From Chloroflexota bacterium (lineage in GTDB: Bacteria; Chloroflexota; UBA6077; FW602-bin22): a stretch of DNA of 64,000 nt. The stretch is taken from the NCBI GenBank assembly GCA_016875715.1, contig VGOZ01000001.1, positions 41,690 through 105,689 of the forward strand, read 5' to 3'. The position numbers and the translations under genes were made by a program. The first letter of the stretch is position 1; each line of letters begins with the position of its first letter. A model generated the notes under the pieces. That model saw only the letters and a program-made list of their open reading frames with translations, did no database searches and was not told the origin of the DNA. Below, one piece after another: positions 62,209-64,000 of this stretch.

Positions 62209-62879
62209 TCGACGAGATCGCGCGGCGTCTAAGGGTTCTGTACGGAATCGATGCTCCAGAGATCCCCACGCGCGACCCTGTCGATGCCCTCGTAGCGACA
62301 ATCCTGGCGCAGAGCACCAGCGACGTGAACTCCGGTCGGGCGATGCGGAGCCTCCGTGAGCGCTATCGAGACTGGAATGCCGTGGTACACGCACCGCGCG
62401 ACGAACTTGCACGCACGATCTGTCACGGAGGACTCGCGAATGTCAAAGCACGGCGCATCCAGGAGGCACTGAGCGCCCTCTTCGCGGCGCAGAGCACCGT
62501 GGGACGCGACGGCGGAGGTTTCGACGGGATGACCGGTGACCAGATCAACACCCTCCTCACCGCTCTGCCTGGTGTGGGTCCCAAGACCGCCGCATGCGTC
62601 CTGCTGTTCTCGCTCGGAATGCCGGCTGTCCCGGTGGATACGCACGTTCGGCGAGTCGGTATCCGCCTCGGCATTCTGCCGAAGGGGGCAACGTTCGCCC
62701 GCGCCCACGCCCTTCTGGCCGACCTCTGTGCGCCGACCGATGCATACGTTCTTCACGTGGGCCTGGTGCGGCACGGTCGAGCGACCTGCGTGGCGCGGCG
62801 CCCGCGCTGCGAAGCGTGCGCGCTCAACGACATCTGCGCGGATCGGTTGTCTTCTTCAGGAGGGTCCCGTGGCGATTGA
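62205..62879 (+). CDS. endonuclease III-like HhH-GPD base-excision DNA glycosylase with 4Fe-4S cluster loop
   Basis: It has HhH (LPGVGPKTAACVLLFSLGMPAVPVDTHVRRV) and CVARRPRCEACALNDIC (C-x6-C-x2-C-x5-C). Family-like sequence (LIDEIARRLRVLYGIDAPEIPTRDPVDALVATILAQSTSD) extends upstream of the first canonical start (GTG 62325). The start is therefore drawn at the in-frame CTG at 62205 and remains uncertain. Confidence 0.75.
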   Translation: MIDEIARRLRVLYGIDAPEIPTRDPVDALVATILAQSTSDVNSGRAMRSLRERYRDWNAVVHAPRDELARTICHGGLANVKARRIQEALSALFAAQSTVGRDGGGFDGMTGDQINTLLTALPGVGPKTAACVLLFSLGMPAVPVDTHVRRVGIRLGILPKGATFARAHALLADLCAPTDAYVLHVGLVRHGRATCVARRPRCEACALNDICADRLSSSGGSRGD

Positions 62880-64000
62880 TGGTCTGGCGGATAGGCTCGC
62901 CCGCGCGCGGACAGCTATGCGGTCCGCCGGTGTCGACGGCTGGCTACTCTACGATTTCCAGGGCAAGAACCCCATCTTCTGGCAGCTCCTCGGGATCACA
63001 CGGCATGCCACCCGGCGGGCGTACGTGCTGGTCGCGGCCAACGGCGAGGCGACCATCCTCTGCCACCGAATCGACGTCACGGCCCTGGCGCCGTTCGGTT
63101 TGCCTCTCCGCATCTATACCACCTGGCGCGAACTCAGCGATGCGCTCCCGGCGCTGCTCTCATCGTGTCGGCGTGTGGCGATGGACTACTCGCCAGGGTG
63201 TGTCCTCCCCGTGGTCTCGCGGGCAGATGCAGGGACCGTCGAGTGGGTTCGTTCTATGGGCATCGAGGTCGTCTCCTCGGCCGATCTCGTGCAGGCGGCG
63301 GTGGCGCGCTGGTCCACGGCGGATCTGGCCGACCATCGCCAGGCCGCGCGGGAACTGATGGCCTCGCTCGACGCGGCGCTCGCACACGTCGCGGCACATA
63401 TGGGCCGCGGACTCACCGAGGACCAGGTCGCGGCTTTCCTACGGGCGGAGTTTGGACGCCGAGGCCTTGTGACCGATGACGCGCCAATCGTGGCGGTGAA
63501 TGCGCACGCTGGCGACCCGCACTATGAACCTGGCGCCGCGCGCCCTACGCCGATCCGCCCCGGCGACTGGCTTCTCATCGATCTGTGGGCGCGGGTCGAT
63601 CGACCAGGAACGGTCTATGCCGACTCGACATGGGTGGCGACTGTCGGGCGTGAGCCGCGTCCCGTGGAGGGGCAGGTTTTCGATGTGGTACGGCGGGCCC
63701 GCGACGCAGCGGTCGATGCCGTGCGCGCGGCCGTTGGTTTCGCCCGGCCGATCGCAGGATGGGAGGTCGATCGTGCCGCGCGCGCGGTGATTGAGAATGC
63801 TGGCTACGGTGCTGCCTATACGCATCGCACCGGCCACTCCATCGGCCAGCAGGTCCACGGGCCAGGCGTGAATCTCGATGATTTCGAGACGCGCGATGTC
63901 CGTATTCTCACGCCCGGGGTGGCGGTCACGATCGAACCGGGGATCTACCTGCCCGAGTTTGGCGTGCGGTCCGAGATCAATCTCGTCGTCGGCGAGGGGA
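62869..64000 (+). CDS. M24-family Xaa-Pro aminopeptidase/dipeptidase (3' end beyond window)
   Basis: The GTG at 62869 follows AGGAGG. The sequence reads VAIDGLADRLARARTAMRSAGVDGWLLYDFQGKNP. Later it has HRTGHSIGQQVHGPGVNLDD and AVTIEPGIYLPEFGVRSEINLVV (M24 metal-ligand motifs). It is not in the ORF track because no stop lies in the window. Confidence 0.8.
   Translation, partial: MAIDGLADRLARARTAMRSAGVDGWLLYDFQGKNPIFWQLLGITRHATRRAYVLVAANGEATILCHRIDVTALAPFGLPLRIYTTWRELSDALPALLSSCRRVAMDYSPGCVLPVVSRADAGTVEWVRSMGIEVVSSADLVQAAVARWSTADLADHRQAARELMASLDAALAHVAAHMGRGLTEDQVAAFLRAEFGRRGLVTDDAPIVAVNAHAGDPHYEPGAARPTPIRPGDWLLIDLWARVDRPGTVYADSTWVATVGREPRPVEGQVFDVVRRARDAAVDAVRAAVGFARPIAGWEVDRAARAVIENAGYGAAYTHRTGHSIGQQVHGPGVNLDDFETRDVRILTPGVAVTIEPGIYLPEFGVRSEINLVVGEG

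Overview
High-GC (about two-thirds G+C by eye), gene-dense bacterial chromosomal DNA. I found no transposase, integrase, CRISPR array, rRNA or tRNA.

The window has three parts.

(1) 1-9459: envelope and glycan genes.
- A pentapeptide-repeat protein and a secreted clan-GH-A-like hydrolase with a roughly 180-aa Pro/Thr linker.
- An NAD-dependent sugar epimerase.
- A six-gene plus-strand operon whose genes mostly overlap by 4 nt: split transketolase, GT2, TIGR03032-like, sulfotransferase and a flippase-like membrane protein.

(2) 9443-34596: the most interesting region. It is a roughly 25-kb run of genes all on the minus strand.
- It encodes nine products (eight intact genes plus one decayed paralog), eight of them giant polytopic membrane proteins.
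- It includes the function-unknown Chlor_Arch_YYY (TIGR03662/DUF2298-type, YYYxG motif) and TIGR03663-type (DE...HGP motifs) families.
- It includes several GT39/ArnT/PMT-like paralogs. These are variously fused to PA14-like and six-bladed NHL beta-propeller domains.
- One paralog lacks the conserved acidic motif, and one tandem paralog is decayed by a frameshift plus an in-frame amber stop.
- Together with the GT2 and flippase-like operon, and with many Pro/Thr-linker exported proteins in the window, this reads as an uncharacterised lipid-linked, extracytoplasmic glycosylation machine. That interpretation is inference.

(3) 34692-64000: mostly housekeeping genes.
- Polyprenyl synthase, hemW, and prfB with its canonical +1 frameshift site.
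- hisH, and secE-nusG-rplKAJL.
- cdd, ispE and rsmA.
- A large Bacillus-type SRP RNA.
- cca, ABC transporters, a D-Ala-D-Ala carboxypeptidase, rluB, pcrA, an Nth-like glycosylase and an M24 peptidase.

A recurring small-scale signal is an AT-rich -10-like hexamer 6-8 nt upstream of start codons. These are often palindromic in very short divergent intergenic regions, which suggests leaderless transcripts.

The taxon guess is Chloroflexota (Thermomicrobia/Sphaerobacter-like). It is inference only, based on family distribution, SRP RNA type and GC content.
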